Shown here: positions 13,659-29,993 of the stretch, one piece after another | Numbering within the stretch: position 1 is the stretch's first letter | Layout: each line of letters opens with the position of its first letter | From: Phaeosaccion multiseriatum | Lineage: Eukaryota; Protista; Ochrophyta, other classes | Assembly (NCBI GenBank): GCA_965112735.1 | Contig: OZ218961.1 | Coordinates: 186,001 to 250,000 of the forward strand | Direction of reading: 5' to 3' | Length of the DNA stretch: 64,000 nt | The notes under the pieces: model-generated | Told to the model about the DNA's origin: nothing | The model's input: only the letters and a program-made list of their open reading frames with translations | Database searches by the model: none | Translations under genes and position numbers: made by a program

Positions 13659-15080
13659 GGGGGGGGGGGGGGTGGTCTGTATGTGTGTATACACGTGCGC
13701 TTTTCTTGCCCCTCATGCCCTTCTGCCTCTCTCTCTGTCCCTCACTCTCACAAAACACATACACACACTTATCCACACACACACACACACACACACAGAC
13801 CAACACCATCGGGCCCGTTATGCTCGCCCAGGCGCTCGCTCCTCTCATGACGTCAGCAGCACGGAACAAGCAGAGCAAGGACAAGTCTCAAGGCTCGGCA
13901 TCCATAGTCGCCAACATGAGTGCGAGGGTGGGGTCCATCGGAGACAATCGGATGGGGGGTTGGTGGTGAGTGAGTGGGTCATTGGTTCATTGATTGAATG
14001 ATTGATTCATTGATTGGGTTAGAGATTGGGTCATTGGTTCATTGCTTGATTGATTGATTGGGTGAGTGAGTGGGCCATTGTTTCATTGATTGACTGATTG
14101 ATTGGTTGAGTGATGGGTAAGTGGTTTATTGATTGACTTATGGATGGCCGGTAGGTATGGAGAGGAGGAATGGAATGGAGTGGAGTGGTGTTGCCTGGTG
14201 TTGCCGGAACGCTGTCTTGGGCCAAGCTGCCCTGAACACAAGCTTTAGTTTTAGTTTTAGTTTTCTGACACCCTCCCCCCCCTCCTCACTGTGTGGCCCG
14301 CTGTGTGGCGCTACTACCGATGGTCCGTATTGGGCCACAACGGTCAAACACGGGCCTTCACGGCATCCGCAACGTGGTCTGTAACGGTCCGTATCATGGT
14401 CCTTAACGGGCCCGTGGTCTGTAACGGTCCGTATCATGGTCCTTAACGGGCCCGTGGTCTGTAACGGTCCGAATGTGGTCCTTAACGGTCATTGACGGCA
14501 CGCAGGTCCTACCGCATGAGCAAGGCGGCTCTGAACCAAGCGACAAAGTGCATGGCCCTCGAACTCAAGAGGCACGGAGTGTGGGCAGTGGCGCTGCATC
14601 CGGTAGGTGGAGGGGGAGGGAGGATGGAACGGTCTTACGTAAGCGCTCACACAACACACACTTGGGGGCCCACGAAAGCTTTACGCAGGAAGAAGAATGC
14701 TGGTTGCAAAGAGTTTTGTCATTATTTCATCACCCCCTAACCCCATACCCATCAGGCCCCCGTAAGTCACGTAATACCACGTAATAATTCCTAAAAAGCA
14801 AAAAAGAGTTTCACACACCAGGCCACATAAGCTCACGTAAGCTCGCTTCGCTTACACATTACCTCCCATCCCCCACACACATGTCAACCTCCGATCCCAC
14901 CCCAACCCACAGGGCACAACGGACACCGGTCTGTCCAAGCCGTTTCAGGCCAATGTGAAACCCGACAAGCTGTTTTCTGTAACGTTCACATGCACTTCGC
15001 TGCTGGACGTGCTGGACTCGCTCGAGCCAAGACACACGGGGGGCTTCTTCGCTTACGACGGAACCCTCATTCCGTGGTAG
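12563..15080 (+). CDS. Short-chain dehydrogenase/reductase, C-factor (CsgA)-like, with N-terminal signal/targeting leader
   Basis: Exons 12563-13114, 13290-13589, 13799-13965, 14506-14602, 14913-15080, all GT-AG. Motifs: TGGNRGIG (Rossmann), NMSARVGSIGDN, SYRMSKAALN (YxxxK), ALHPGTTDTGLS, GGFFAYDG...PW*. Confidence 0.92.
14374..14490. repeat. 40-bp minisatellite x~3 in SDR intron
   Basis: gtggtctgtaacggtccgtatcatggtccttaacgggccc at 14374, 14414 and, diverged, 14454. Confidence 0.85.
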
Positions 15081-15381
15081 GCTGACGTTCTGTGGGGGTG
15101 GATGAGGGGATGTGTAAGAGTCTCATTTCATTCCGTAGGTAGGGGGGCTTCTACGCATACGGCAGAACCCTCATTTGTGTAGACCAGTTGAGTGGCAGTG
15201 GATGAGGGGATGTGGAAGAGTCTCATTTCATTCCCTGGATGAGGGGGATGATTTAATTTCACTCTGCGGTGATGTTGATGAGTCATTATTGCAGAGCGGG
15301 GCCTAAAACTAAACTACACTACGAAAGCAACAACACGCCCAACTCCTTTTACAGTTACAAAAGCTCGTGGAGCTTTCACAG

Positions 15382-18953
<3,572 letters not shown>

Positions 18954-19295
18954 GGCCGCGTCTGGCCTTGGCTGGATTCTCTACAGCCTGTTCCCCTGCT
19001 CGGTCCGCCTGCTGGAAGGGCCGTCCCCGCTGAGAGCCACCCAAGGGAAAGGAACAAAAAAAGAAACAAGACAGGTCTTTAGCCGCCTGTTCCTTCTACA
19101 GGCAATCCGAGGTCTTCGAGATGAATCTTTCCCCTTTCTACCCTTTCTCTCTCTCCCGGTAAAACGGCAACTCGAATTTCTGTAACATATCGATATTATG
19201 TAGACAGTCGAAATTATACATTACGTAAGGGCTGCGTCCAAGAGCGCTCAGAGAGATAAGAGGACACAGAGAGAAAAGAAGAAAAATAGATCAAG

Positions 19296-20804
19296 ATGAT
19301 GGGCATTCGGCGACTGCTCAGCTATGCGCTTGTGCTCTTGGTGCTCCTGGCGGTGGCCACACAGCCCGCGCACGCCGCAGAGAGCAAGTCCATGCAAACG
19401 TAAGTCCGTTTGGGGCTGACGAACAGGAAGGAATGCAAGGGGCCCGAGGACGGGGGAGGGCGAGGAGAGGAGGGGCAGAAGATGCAATGCAATGCTTTGG
19501 TTGGGGCGTAGGAGGAGGAAGGCAGGCCCCGATAGCGGAGCGGGCGGGAAGGCCGGCAGCGGCAGCAGAGCGTCAAAGGCTGCGACGTGGCAGTTAGTTG
19601 ATAGGGGAGCAAGGGGCCGTGTAGGGGATTGGGGGCTGGTTTTCGAGGGTGGGGAGAGGTCTGTTTTGGGTCCGTCTAAGTATGCTCGTGTTTGCAATCG
19701 TGTGGCAACCCGCTCTTTGCTCCCAGTTGCTGCTGGTGCCCTTGCCTGGCTTCTGTCAACACACATGTCTCGGGCCGCTTGCTGCTGCAGCTGCTACCCC
19801 AACTCTCTGACGCCCTGCGCTGCAAATGGAAGCATCGATGATCATCGCGACCCAACTTCCCCCTCCTCGCTTACCTCCCTCTGTGGTGTTCTTTGTGTGT
19901 ATTCATGTTTTGAAGTTCCATCGTACTACAACTTGTGCATCCATCCCATCTCATATGACCATCCTGCAATGCTCGCTTCGCCTTCCGTACACCGCACACT
20001 GTGCCACCCCGTCCCCTTCCGTGCTCCTCTCTCTCTCTCTCTCTCTGTGTCCAGCTTACAAAACACCGGCCGAGCCCTGAAAGACGCCATTCTGAAGATC
20101 ATCCGAGCCCCGATTGACCTCCTCAAGGCCATCGGTGAAGCGCTCAAGAAGGGCGGCGACAAGGCCCGAGGAGCGGCAGAGGGACAGGCGGACTCCATCA
20201 AGGCCGCCGCCAAGCAAATGAAGGACTCCGCCAACGAAGCCGCACACAAAGCCTCGGATGCTGCGCACCACGCCGCCGACTCTGTCAAGGAAGCAGTGGA
20301 CGGTGCTGCCGCCGCCCTGAAGGAAGCAACGGGAGCAGCCACGGGGGAAGCCGAAAACCTCGCCAAGGATGCCGAGGCCGCTATGGACGACGCAACGGCC
20401 AAGGTGGAGAAGGCAGGTTAGTGAGGAGGGTGGGGCGGGGGTGGGTGGGGATGGGTGAGTGGGTGAGTGGTCGGGTGTATGGGTTGTCGGGTGCGTGGGT
20501 GGGTGGGTTGGGCGCGTGGGCGCGTGAGGAGTGATACCCACGGGTAGCCATGCCACGCACCGTGCAGCAGACCTCTCAATGGGGAGCTGGTGGGCAGGCA
20601 CCCCTTCCCTTCCGTGGGAAATTTGTCCCCTTCCGTGGGCAGGCACCCCTTCCCTTCCGTGACTTCGTCTGGATCTCCCCTTTGTCGCTCCTCTCCCTGA
20701 CTCTTGTGCTTTCCTGTCCCCCATCTCCGCCTCCCTCTCCCTCTCTCCTTCCCATGTCTCCCTCTTACTTCCCTCATCCCCCCCCTCCTCCTCCTCCTCC
20801 TCTC

Positions 20805-20835
<31 letters not shown>

Positions 20836-20861
20836 GTCGACCTCCAGGAAGCGAGCTCTAA
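19296..20861 (+). CDS. Signal-peptide, Ala/Lys/Asp/Glu-rich helical LEA-like protein with C-terminal ...GSEL
   Basis: Exons 19296-19399, 20055-20416, 20848-20861 join in phase. Leader MMGIRRLLSYALVLLVLLAVATQPAHA; repeats such as KDSANEAAHKASDAAHHAADSVKEA. Confidence 0.75.
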
Positions 20862-21185
20862 AGCGCACCCAAGCGGCAAGGCTGTGTGAAGAAGGGTAAT
20901 GAAGAGCGCGTCCTCCGTCCTCCGGCGACGGCAGTGGATGGATCCGCCGGGGATGGCAGTGGATGGAGATGGGGGGGGGGGGCATGATGGATCTGTCATC
21001 TGTGATAGGGGAGGGGGGAGCTGTCGAGGGATGCGAAGCAATCAGCCGCACCAAACCAGCAGGAGATAGGAAGGAAGTAGGGTGTGGTCGGGTGTAAGAA
21101 GGGGATTTTTAACCTGTGAATCAGGAGGAGCAAGCGAGGGAGAGGGGTGGGGGAGCAAGGGAGGGAGAGAGAGCGCGAGAGCGGG

Positions 21186-21232
<47 letters not shown>

Positions 21233-21905
21233 TCCGCCGTTGTCCACTGGATCACTCTGTGGCGCTGGCCTTGTTGGGCACCGTTTGGTACCCAAAGAGC
21301 GAAGGGAGGGAGGAGAGGAGGGCACCTACCTCGCCCTGCTGTGCCCGGCGCGGTGTGGGGAAGATTCCTTGCTTGGTTCGAAATAGTGTCGAAAAGGAAA
21401 AGTGTGGGTATCCATCGATACCCATGTGAGCATACTTACTTCGGTTTTGGTGTGGTTGGGTTTCCGACGTATGCGTCCTCCTTCCCTTCCTTGCTGGCGC
21501 CTGTGGACGGGTTGGTGGTCACATACCTGCGAGCACCATGCATCGAGCGCTGGGGGATCTGTCTGAATACGACTACATACATTAGAGGGTTAGAGGGAGG
21601 GGGGAGGGGGGGAAGGGCCTCATTCATACCAAGAGGGGGCGGAGGGAAGGAAGGCCATCCGTGGTCGGTGGGTCAAGTGGGGTTCGTATCGTAATTACAG
21701 TACAAAACTTTTATCACTACAACGTTGCTGTCAATGGGGGGCCCACTTGATGTCATTTCTTGCCCCCTTGTGTGCCGCCCGGATCCGCCCGACCACCCCC
21801 CTAGCATTCATCTTCTCGAGACTTGTCCGGGTGAATGTCGAATGTCGAATGTCGAATGTCGATATTTACTCAACTCAGCCACACAGTGGGGTTAGGAAAC
21901 TGTAG

Positions 21906-23585
21906 ATGAGCATGTGGGCAAGACTCGAGAGCAGCATGGCGGAGAAGCCAATGGCAATGCTGCTCGGTACTAGCCTGCTCTCTTTCCTCACTGGCTGTGC
22001 GTGGATGCGTTGGCGAGGCCTTGGCAGCAAGGGGAAGGGGAAGGGGAACAAGGCAGCAGGGGAAGGAGGGGGGGCTCGCGGATACAACGAAGACGAAGAG
22101 GACGAGTACGAGGTGAGGGGGGCTTACGATACACTCTTCTTCCTTAGCCGCGCTCTTCTGAGGGGAAGTCTATAAGAGGGATGGAGACTTTTCCCTCTCC
22201 TGATTTCCACCTTGTTTCCACCCCTCCTCCTCCCCCCCTCCCTCCCCACTCCTCCTCCTCCTCCTCCTCCTTAGGACAACCTACCCTCCGATGGCTACGC
22301 GAGCTTCGGAATCAAGGACGGGCCCGCCAAGCTCGTCCTCGTCGTCAACCAAGTGCGTGTATCTAAACCACCACCCCCTTCCTTCCCTGGTGTGGTGTCA
22401 TCTGATGGCCTGTCAGTGCCTGGCTTGCCTGTCAGTGGCGTGTGGTTCTGAAAGAGCAATGGCTGTAGGGTATTGCGACCGACCCCACTACACCGCCCCT
22501 CCTCCTTTTCCTCCTCCTGCTGCTGCTGCTGCATCACGAACTGCTGTGCCTTCCCTCCTCCCTCCCCTCAGTCTCTCAAGATGGGCAAGGGAAAGATGGC
22601 AGCACAGTGCTGTCATGCTACCCTGGGATGTTTCAAGCTCGCGTCCAATCACGCCCCTGACGCCGTGAGAACCTGGGAGTGGCTGGGGCAGGTACGGAGA
22701 GAGAGAGAGAGAGAGAAGGAGAGAGAGAGATGGAGAGAGAGAGAGGAGAGAGAGAGAGGGAGAGACGGAGAGAGGGAAGAGAGAGAGAAAGAGAGAAAGA
22801 AAGAGAGAGATTTTGCTTGCTTTGCTTGCTGTGTGAAAACTGACATGCACACTTGAGGTGATGATAAACGCCATCGCACTGCTCCCTCCAGACTCTGTGC
22901 TTTGTTTGTTTGGTGCATCCAGGCAGTCGCTTTCAGGCTTTGTTTGTGCTTGGTGCTTTGATTGGTGCTTTCAGGCTCGGGAGGTAGAGGTGTCTGTCCA
23001 TTGGAGTACATTCCTTCTTTCCTTCATTCCGTCCTTCCTTCTCCTTCCTTCCTTCCTTCCTTCCTTCCCCTGACTTCTTTGGTTGCTTCTTTCCTTCCTT
23101 AAACCTACCCACCCACCCACACCCACACCCACCCCCCCAATCGGACAGGCCAAGATCGCCGTCAAGTGCCCGACTGAAGAGGAGATGTTGAACATCCAGG
23201 CAGTCGCCAAGGCAGCGGGGCTCGTCACGTACCTCGTCAGAGATGCAGGTCAGTGAGTCAGTGAGTGAGTGTGTCTCTACGATAGGGGTGTTCTCGCGGC
23301 AGTGACGTTCAATCGGGACTCCTGTCCCTATCGCTGCTCTCTCTCTCTGTGTGCACACCTTCGCTCCTTCACCCCTGCTGCCTACGTGCCCACTTGACAG
23401 TGTTTTGCCTTTGTCTGCGTGTGCGTGTGTGTGCGTGTGTGTCTCACTCTCTCTTTCTCTCTCTGTGTGTGTGTGCGTGAGCAGGAAGGACGCAGATTGC
23501 GAGTGGGTCCCAGACGGTATTGGGCATCGGCCCCGCCCCTGTCACCGCATTTGAGGGCATTACCTCGCACCTCAGCCTCATGTGA
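21906..23585 (+). CDS. PTH2: Peptidyl-tRNA hydrolase 2 with N-terminal membrane anchor
   Basis: Exons 21906-22112, 22275-22352, 22572-22691, 23149-23248, 23485-23585. Motifs [57 protein letters not shown]. Confidence 0.93.
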
Positions 23586-24518
23586 TCGCGATTGGGCCAC
23601 CATGTGATCGCGATTGGGTCATCGTTCTTGGGGTGTGTGGGAGGTGGGGGGTTGAGGGCGAAGGGCGAAGGACCCACAGAGAGACCTGGAAAGGCCGCAA
23701 TCGCTGCTGCTGTATCACCAATGGCTGCAGATCACCAACGGCTTCTCTTGGCCCCCACAAAGGCCTCGCTGCCTCCACGCGCGCCGCTGAGAGAGAGAGA
23801 GAGAGAGGAGGGGGGGGGGGGGGCGGCCGCTGCGAAGGCGGGGAGGTGGCAGCAGGTGGCCGTGGCTTTGGATGGCAGTGGATGGCAATGGCTTTTGAGG
23901 CTCCCAGACGACCAACGAGCTTCTCTCTCTCTCTCTCTCTCTACTCTCTACTCTCTCTCTCTTTCTCGTGGCTCGGGTTGGTCGGTCGGTCGGTCGAGAC
24001 GGGGGGGGGGGGGGTCAAAGGCGCGGCTGTCTGCAGCCCATGCCGTCTATTGCCATCTGCTGCGGCCATCTCCGAAGCTCTATGGCCTTGACGCAGGCAG
24101 TGCGGACGCACACCCGCAGCCCAACCAGAGCCCAACCACGGCCCCAACCTGTAAGCCCACTCAGCACCTCTGCATCCCCTCGCCAACAGAGGAGAAGATG
24201 GCAGCAGATGGGGTATGGTGCAGAGCATAGCAGAGCAGAGCAGAGCAGAGCAGTTGGTGATACAGAGAAGAGTAGAGAGGAGAGGAGAGGTGTGGGGTGA
24301 GGCCGTGCCAAACCGAGGAGTGGGCGGCGGTCAGGCTCCCAGGGGGGGGGGGAGGAAGGAGGCAGAGGCTACAGCTTGCTCGGGAGGCTCGAAACGATCC
24401 TCGGAAAGATCGCGGAACGATCGCGGAAGACCACAGCATCCCCTCCATCTCCCTGCGCCGGAGGTGTGTCTCTCTTTCTACGGCCTCGGCTCTTGGTGCG
24501 GGGCATTCCTCAAATGGC

Positions 24519-24562
<44 letters not shown>

Positions 24563-25010
24563 CACGTATAATCTCTCTGTGGCTGCACATGGTGGTGAGC
24601 AGCAGCAGTGTGGTGGGAGTGAAGTGAGCGTTGGAGCTCTGCTCGCTCTCGGCCTTGGTCTTGGCGACGAACCACCAACCACTCTACCCTACCGAGTTAC
24701 GTAATACGTAAAGCTCACGTACGTACGCACTTACAGGCTCTTTTTTTGTGCTTTGTTGCCTTGCGTGGCTCTCGTGGGTGGGTGGGTGTGGGTGGGGGAT
24801 CCCGCTCTTAAAATTATGTTTGAAGAATAGCATTACTTAACCTTATCTGATGCACAGCTCCAAGTGAGGTGTGAAGTGTGAAGTGTGATGTTCGGTTTGC
24901 GTGGGGGGGCGGGGGCTTGTCGTGGAGTGACTGACTCGTGTGACTTGGTGACCTACTGCCGAGTCTCTACTCTCCTTTTGATACAGTACAAGCACATGTA
25001 ACGACAGAGG

Positions 25011-26157
25011 CACACGCGATCACTGCCTTACTGCACTCGCCCCACTCCACACGCGATCACTGCCTTACTGCACTCGCCCCACTCCACACGCGATCACTGC
25101 CTTACTGCACTCGCCCCACTCCACACACGATCACTGCCTTACTGCACTCGCCCCACTCCACACACGATCACTGCCTTACTGCACTCGCCCCACTCCACAC
25201 GCGATCACTGCCTTACTGCACTCGCCCCACTCCACACGCGATCACTGCCTTACTGCACTCGCCCCACTCCACACGCGATCACTGCCTTACTGCACTCGCC
25301 CCACTCCACACGCGATCACTGCCTTACTGCACTCGCCCCACTCCACACGCGATCACTGCCTTACTGCACTCGCCCCACTCCACACGTGATCACTGCCTTA
25401 CTGCACTCGCCCCACTCCACACACAATCACTGCCTTACTGCACTCGCCCCACTCCACACGCGATCACTGCCTTACTGCACTCGCCCCACTCCACACGCGA
25501 TCACTGCCTTACTGCACTCGCCCCACTCCACACACAATCACTGCCTTACTGCACTCGCCCCACTCCACACGCGATCACTGCCTTACTGCACTCGCCCCAC
25601 TCCACACGCGATCACTGCCTTACTGCACTCGCCCCACTCCACACGCGATCACTGCCTTACTGCACTCGCCCCACTCCACACGCGATCACTGCCTTACTGC
25701 ACTCGCCCCACTCCACACGCGATCACTGCCTTACTGCACTCGCCCCACTCCACACGCGATCACTGCCTTACTGCACTCGCCCCACTCCACACGTGATCAC
25801 TGCCTTACTGCACTCGCCCGACTCCACACACAATCACTGCCTTACTGCACTCGCCCCACTCCACACGCGATCACTGCCTTACTGCACTCGCCCCACTCCA
25901 CACGCGATCACTGCCTTACTGCACTCGCCCCACTCCACACACAATCACTGCCTTACTGCACTCGCCCCACTCCACACGCGATCACTGCCTTACTGCACTC
26001 GCCCCACTCCACACACAATCACTGCCTTACTGCACTCGCCCCACTCCACACACGATCACTGCCTTACTGCACTCGCCCCACTCCACACACGATCACTGCC
26101 TTACTGCACTCGCCCCACTCCACACACGATCACTGCCTTACTGCACTCGCCCCACTC
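25011..26157. repeat. 37-bp tandem satellite, 31 copies, no spacers
   Basis: Unit cacacgcgatcactgccttactgcactcgccccactc; 1147 bp = 31 x 37. Confidence 0.97.
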
Positions 26158-27157
26158 GCATCACACGCCCTTGAGTTTCAGGGTCAGGGCCCCTCCCGTT
26201 GCAACGGGCAGGGCAGCCCTTCAACAAGTGCTTGCACAACAAGGGCTTGCACAACACAAAGACGGGCAGGCGGGCAGGCAAAGAGCTCTCAAAGGGGTCA
26301 AAAGCACATTCTCACTGACTTACTGCCCGTGTCAAGGGCAAATGAATGGTCATTGCATCGTTTCGTAAATTATTTTATTTCTAAGTACTACTCTTTGTGC
26401 TGTGATGTATCACCAACTGCTGTACTGTGCTGTGTTGTGCTGCACACGTATTGACAAGCCCTCCTCCCCCCCACTCCCAAGCCTCTCAAGCCCCAAAGCT
26501 CCTATCGCAAGTAATGCAAAGGGCCCTATCCCAAGCAACGCTCTACTTGCCGGGCATCGCCGCACATATATCGTCCGTGACCCCCCCCCCTGGGCCTCCG
26601 TGCCTACGCACACACCGTCCCATACGCCTTTGCTTGGCCGACCCCCTCCTCTCCGCCCCCGCCCTCGCTCCCGCGCTCTCTCACTCTCTCTTGTCTCTCT
26701 CTCTCCCTCTCCTTGTGTGTTGTGAGTTGAGTTTTGTGTGTATGATTTGTATGTGGATGTTGCTGTGTGTGGATATGTGGGTGTGTGAGGGTGTCTCTCC
26801 TCCCTCACATTCCCTCTCCTCTCCATCTCGACGGCTCCATATACCTCTCTCATCGCCTGTTGCCATACACTCGCTCCTCCTCCTTCCTGCCTTGTGTCTT
26901 CACGCCGTCCCAAGTCTGCCATTTGTTGATGCATCGCCTCCCTCCCTCGTTAGGACCTCTTCCTCAGCAGGAGGCCTCTCTCTTGCTCCACCCTCAGACC
27001 TCCCACCACACCCCACCACACCACACCCCACCCCCACCCACCACCTCGGCCCCTCCCTGTCCTCCATGCACAGCCTCCAAGGCTCTACACGCTGGTTCGA
27101 CAAGGAACGATTCACTGACTTACTCCTTCGTCACATAGAAACGCACGAACCCGCACA

Positions 27158-27221
<64 letters not shown>

Positions 27222-27467
27222 CACACAACACATGTACAGGACGGGATGAGACTCTCTCTACCGAAGACCGCCCCGACGTCACCCCCTTTACCCTTCCATA
27301 CGACTGCAGCTAGCCACCCCCCCCCCCTTACCATACGACTGCAGCTAAGCTCAGCTAACCCGCCCTCCCGACCTACATCCTCTTGTCTCAAGCCCTGCGT
27401 TCCCGTCTCACTTGCTCACACCACTTCTTCACACCCCTGCTGCTCGCTGTTCACTGTTGATCACTGT

Positions 27468-29939
27468 TCATACCGCCCCGTATCTGCTTCCCGTCCCAGA
27501 GGCGCTGCGGCTTATGCTCTCTCTCTCTCTCTCTCCGCCCTTCCGCCCCACCATTCTCTCTCCTATCTTCCCCGCCCCCACCGAGCCATCGCTCTCTCCC
27601 CCCCTCCCGCTCCCCCGACGGCTCAACCTTCTGCCCCCTCCCTCCCCCTGGTTGAAAGCGGCTGCAGCAGAGGCAGCGGCGGCGGTGTGCCGCTCATGAA
27701 TTGCTGAGGCGTTGGTGCTGCCGGCCCCCCGGGGGGAGAAGAAGAATTTCCCGCGCGGCACAGTAGCTGAGCTGCCCGCTCCCCCTACTTCTCCAGCTCT
27801 TCGTCCTCCTCCTCCTCCTGCTGCTCCTCCTCCTCCAGCTCCTCCTCCTGCTCCTCCTGCTCCTCCTTCGACCCCCACCGACCCGCTACCCTCTCCTGCC
27901 GCCAACACCATAGGTGCCTCGAACCCTTGGGACAGGCTCCTCCTCACCGCTGCTGGAGACTGAGCAGGCAGCAGCGTCGCGGGGAGCTTCTCATCCCCCT
28001 CTCCCTGCACGCTGTTGGCGCTCTGTATCCGGTCTCGGAGTCCCTTGGGAAGAGGCAGCGTGTCAACGTCCAAATACGCTTCGTGTAACTGCCCGCCGAA
28101 GAGAGGCTTCATGTATTTGTTGTCGAGCCACACCCACCCCGAGTGAATCAATCCTCTCGCGCGCTGCCTCTCGCGAATGATTTCTTCGAGCGTCATACCC
28201 GCTGTTGCCAAGTCGTCACTCTCATTCGAGAACAGCCCACCGCCCGGCTGTGCGCCCATCGGCGAGGGCTGGTGGTGCCCCGATTGGTGATTCAGGAGAG
28301 GCGCGGAGGGATCGTCGACATGCTGTTGAATCATTGGAGATTTGGGCTGCCCGCTCACTCCCTCGCTGCCCCACACATCCCCGCCCGCAGCGCTCGCCGT
28401 CGCAGCATGAGCCAAGCCCGGAGAGGGGGGCGGCAGGCCAATGCCGGCATTTACCAGGCCGGACAGCAAGTTACCCCCCCCCCCCCCGTCGCCTTTGCCC
28501 AAGCTGTGCATCACCGACGTAGGTGGAGCGCTGACCCCCCCCGGGACCGCCCCGACACCCGGCACCAGCTTGCCAGCCTGCCCGCTCTTGTTCACAAACG
28601 TCGGCTGCCCAGAGCTGGGCGCAGTCGCGGCTGGTAAAACGCTGGAAGCGCTGGGTGTAGTCACGGCTGGCACAGGTACAGCCGCGGCTCCGAGCCCAAG
28701 ACCCGTCACCATCCCAATTGCGGCGGGGGCGCCTAAACCCATGTTTGCCCCTGCCGCCTCCGCCGCTGCTCGGCTGCCCAGTCCCAAGCCTGAGCCTAAG
28801 CCTTCACTCTTGACGCCGTGACTTTGGGCTGTCCTCTGCGCCAGGAGTTGTGTTGTGCTGCCCTCCTTGGGCGTCGTCGGCACACTGTGAGGCGTCTCGC
28901 CTGCGGAAACCCATGTGATTTTGTGTGATTGCGGTACGGTGGGAGTGAGTTGGGTGGCTAGGTGGCTAGGTGGGTAGGTAGGCAGGTAGGTAGGTAGGTA
29001 GGTGGGCGGGTGGGTAGGTAGAAGGTAGGTGGGTAGGTGGGTAGGTACGTAGGTAGATGGGCAGATAAGCAGGTAGGTAGGTAGGTTGGTAGGTTGGTAG
29101 GTAGGTAGGTTGGTAGGTAGGCAGGTAGGTAGGTAGGTTGGTAGGTAGGTAGGTAGGTAGGTAGGCAGGTAGGTAGGCAGCTGTAGATACGTGGCTCACA
29201 GGCAGCGAGAGAGAGGCATATGGGCACAGGCAAAAGTATGTGTAGGCAAGCGTGTTGGTAGCACGCATGCAGGTGCATCGCCACCTTCTTCACCTTTTGC
29301 GGCTGCGGTGGAGGCTGCCGCTGCTGCTGCGGCTTGTTCTCGCTCGGCCTGCATGAGGGGGGGTGCGTTTGTGTGTGAGTGCTAATGTGTTGTAGTCTCT
29401 CTTGACCCATGCCTGACGGGTGGGACCCCTTAAGGAGTGTGAGTGCTAGTGCTGCAGCCTCGCCGACCCATATGAGGCATACACCACTAAACAAGGAAGC
29501 TTCCCCAGCTGGCGGGCCGGTCAAGTCTCATAAGCTAACAACCTCAAAACTAAAAAGTGAAACCGAAACTGAAACCGCAACCACGATACCTATTGTACAC
29601 CAAGGTTCGTTCCTCATGCGTACCTTGTTCTTCTCCCTCTCCTGCCTCTCGGTGACCTCTGGGGGGGTGAGATTCTTGGTGAAGAAGGGCATGACGGCTC
29701 CGAAGATGATGACAGTGAAGAGGATGACGCCGAGGGACGTGGTGGCCATGAGCCCTCCGTGCGGGTCCTTGACTTGCACCACCTTCCATTCATACATTCG
29801 TTTCATTCATTCATTCATCCATCGATTGATTCATTGATTCAACGAATTGATTGATTCAATGGATGAATTCCATGGATTGATTGAGGCATTGAGGCAGACG
29901 CGACAGGCATGCAGGCAGGCCCCATGTAGGCATATGGGT

Positions 29940-29993
<54 letters not shown>

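Noticed and set aside
23600-24700. Gene between PTH2 and the satellite (also 26400-27460)
   Set aside because: Only low-complexity ORFs with no recognisable motif or consistent exon chain.
25011-26157. CRISPR array (37-bp repeat)
   Set aside because: Units are head-to-tail with no unique spacers, there are no cas genes, and the context is eukaryotic.
25386-26368. ORFs 25386-25796 and 25793-26368
   Set aside because: Translations of the satellite with non-ATG starts.
27468-28883. 471-aa ORF as an independent gene
   Set aside because: It has a splice acceptor near 28901 and the NHX-type tail motif W..LD.KYMKPLFGG, so it is treated as the last exon of the exchanger.
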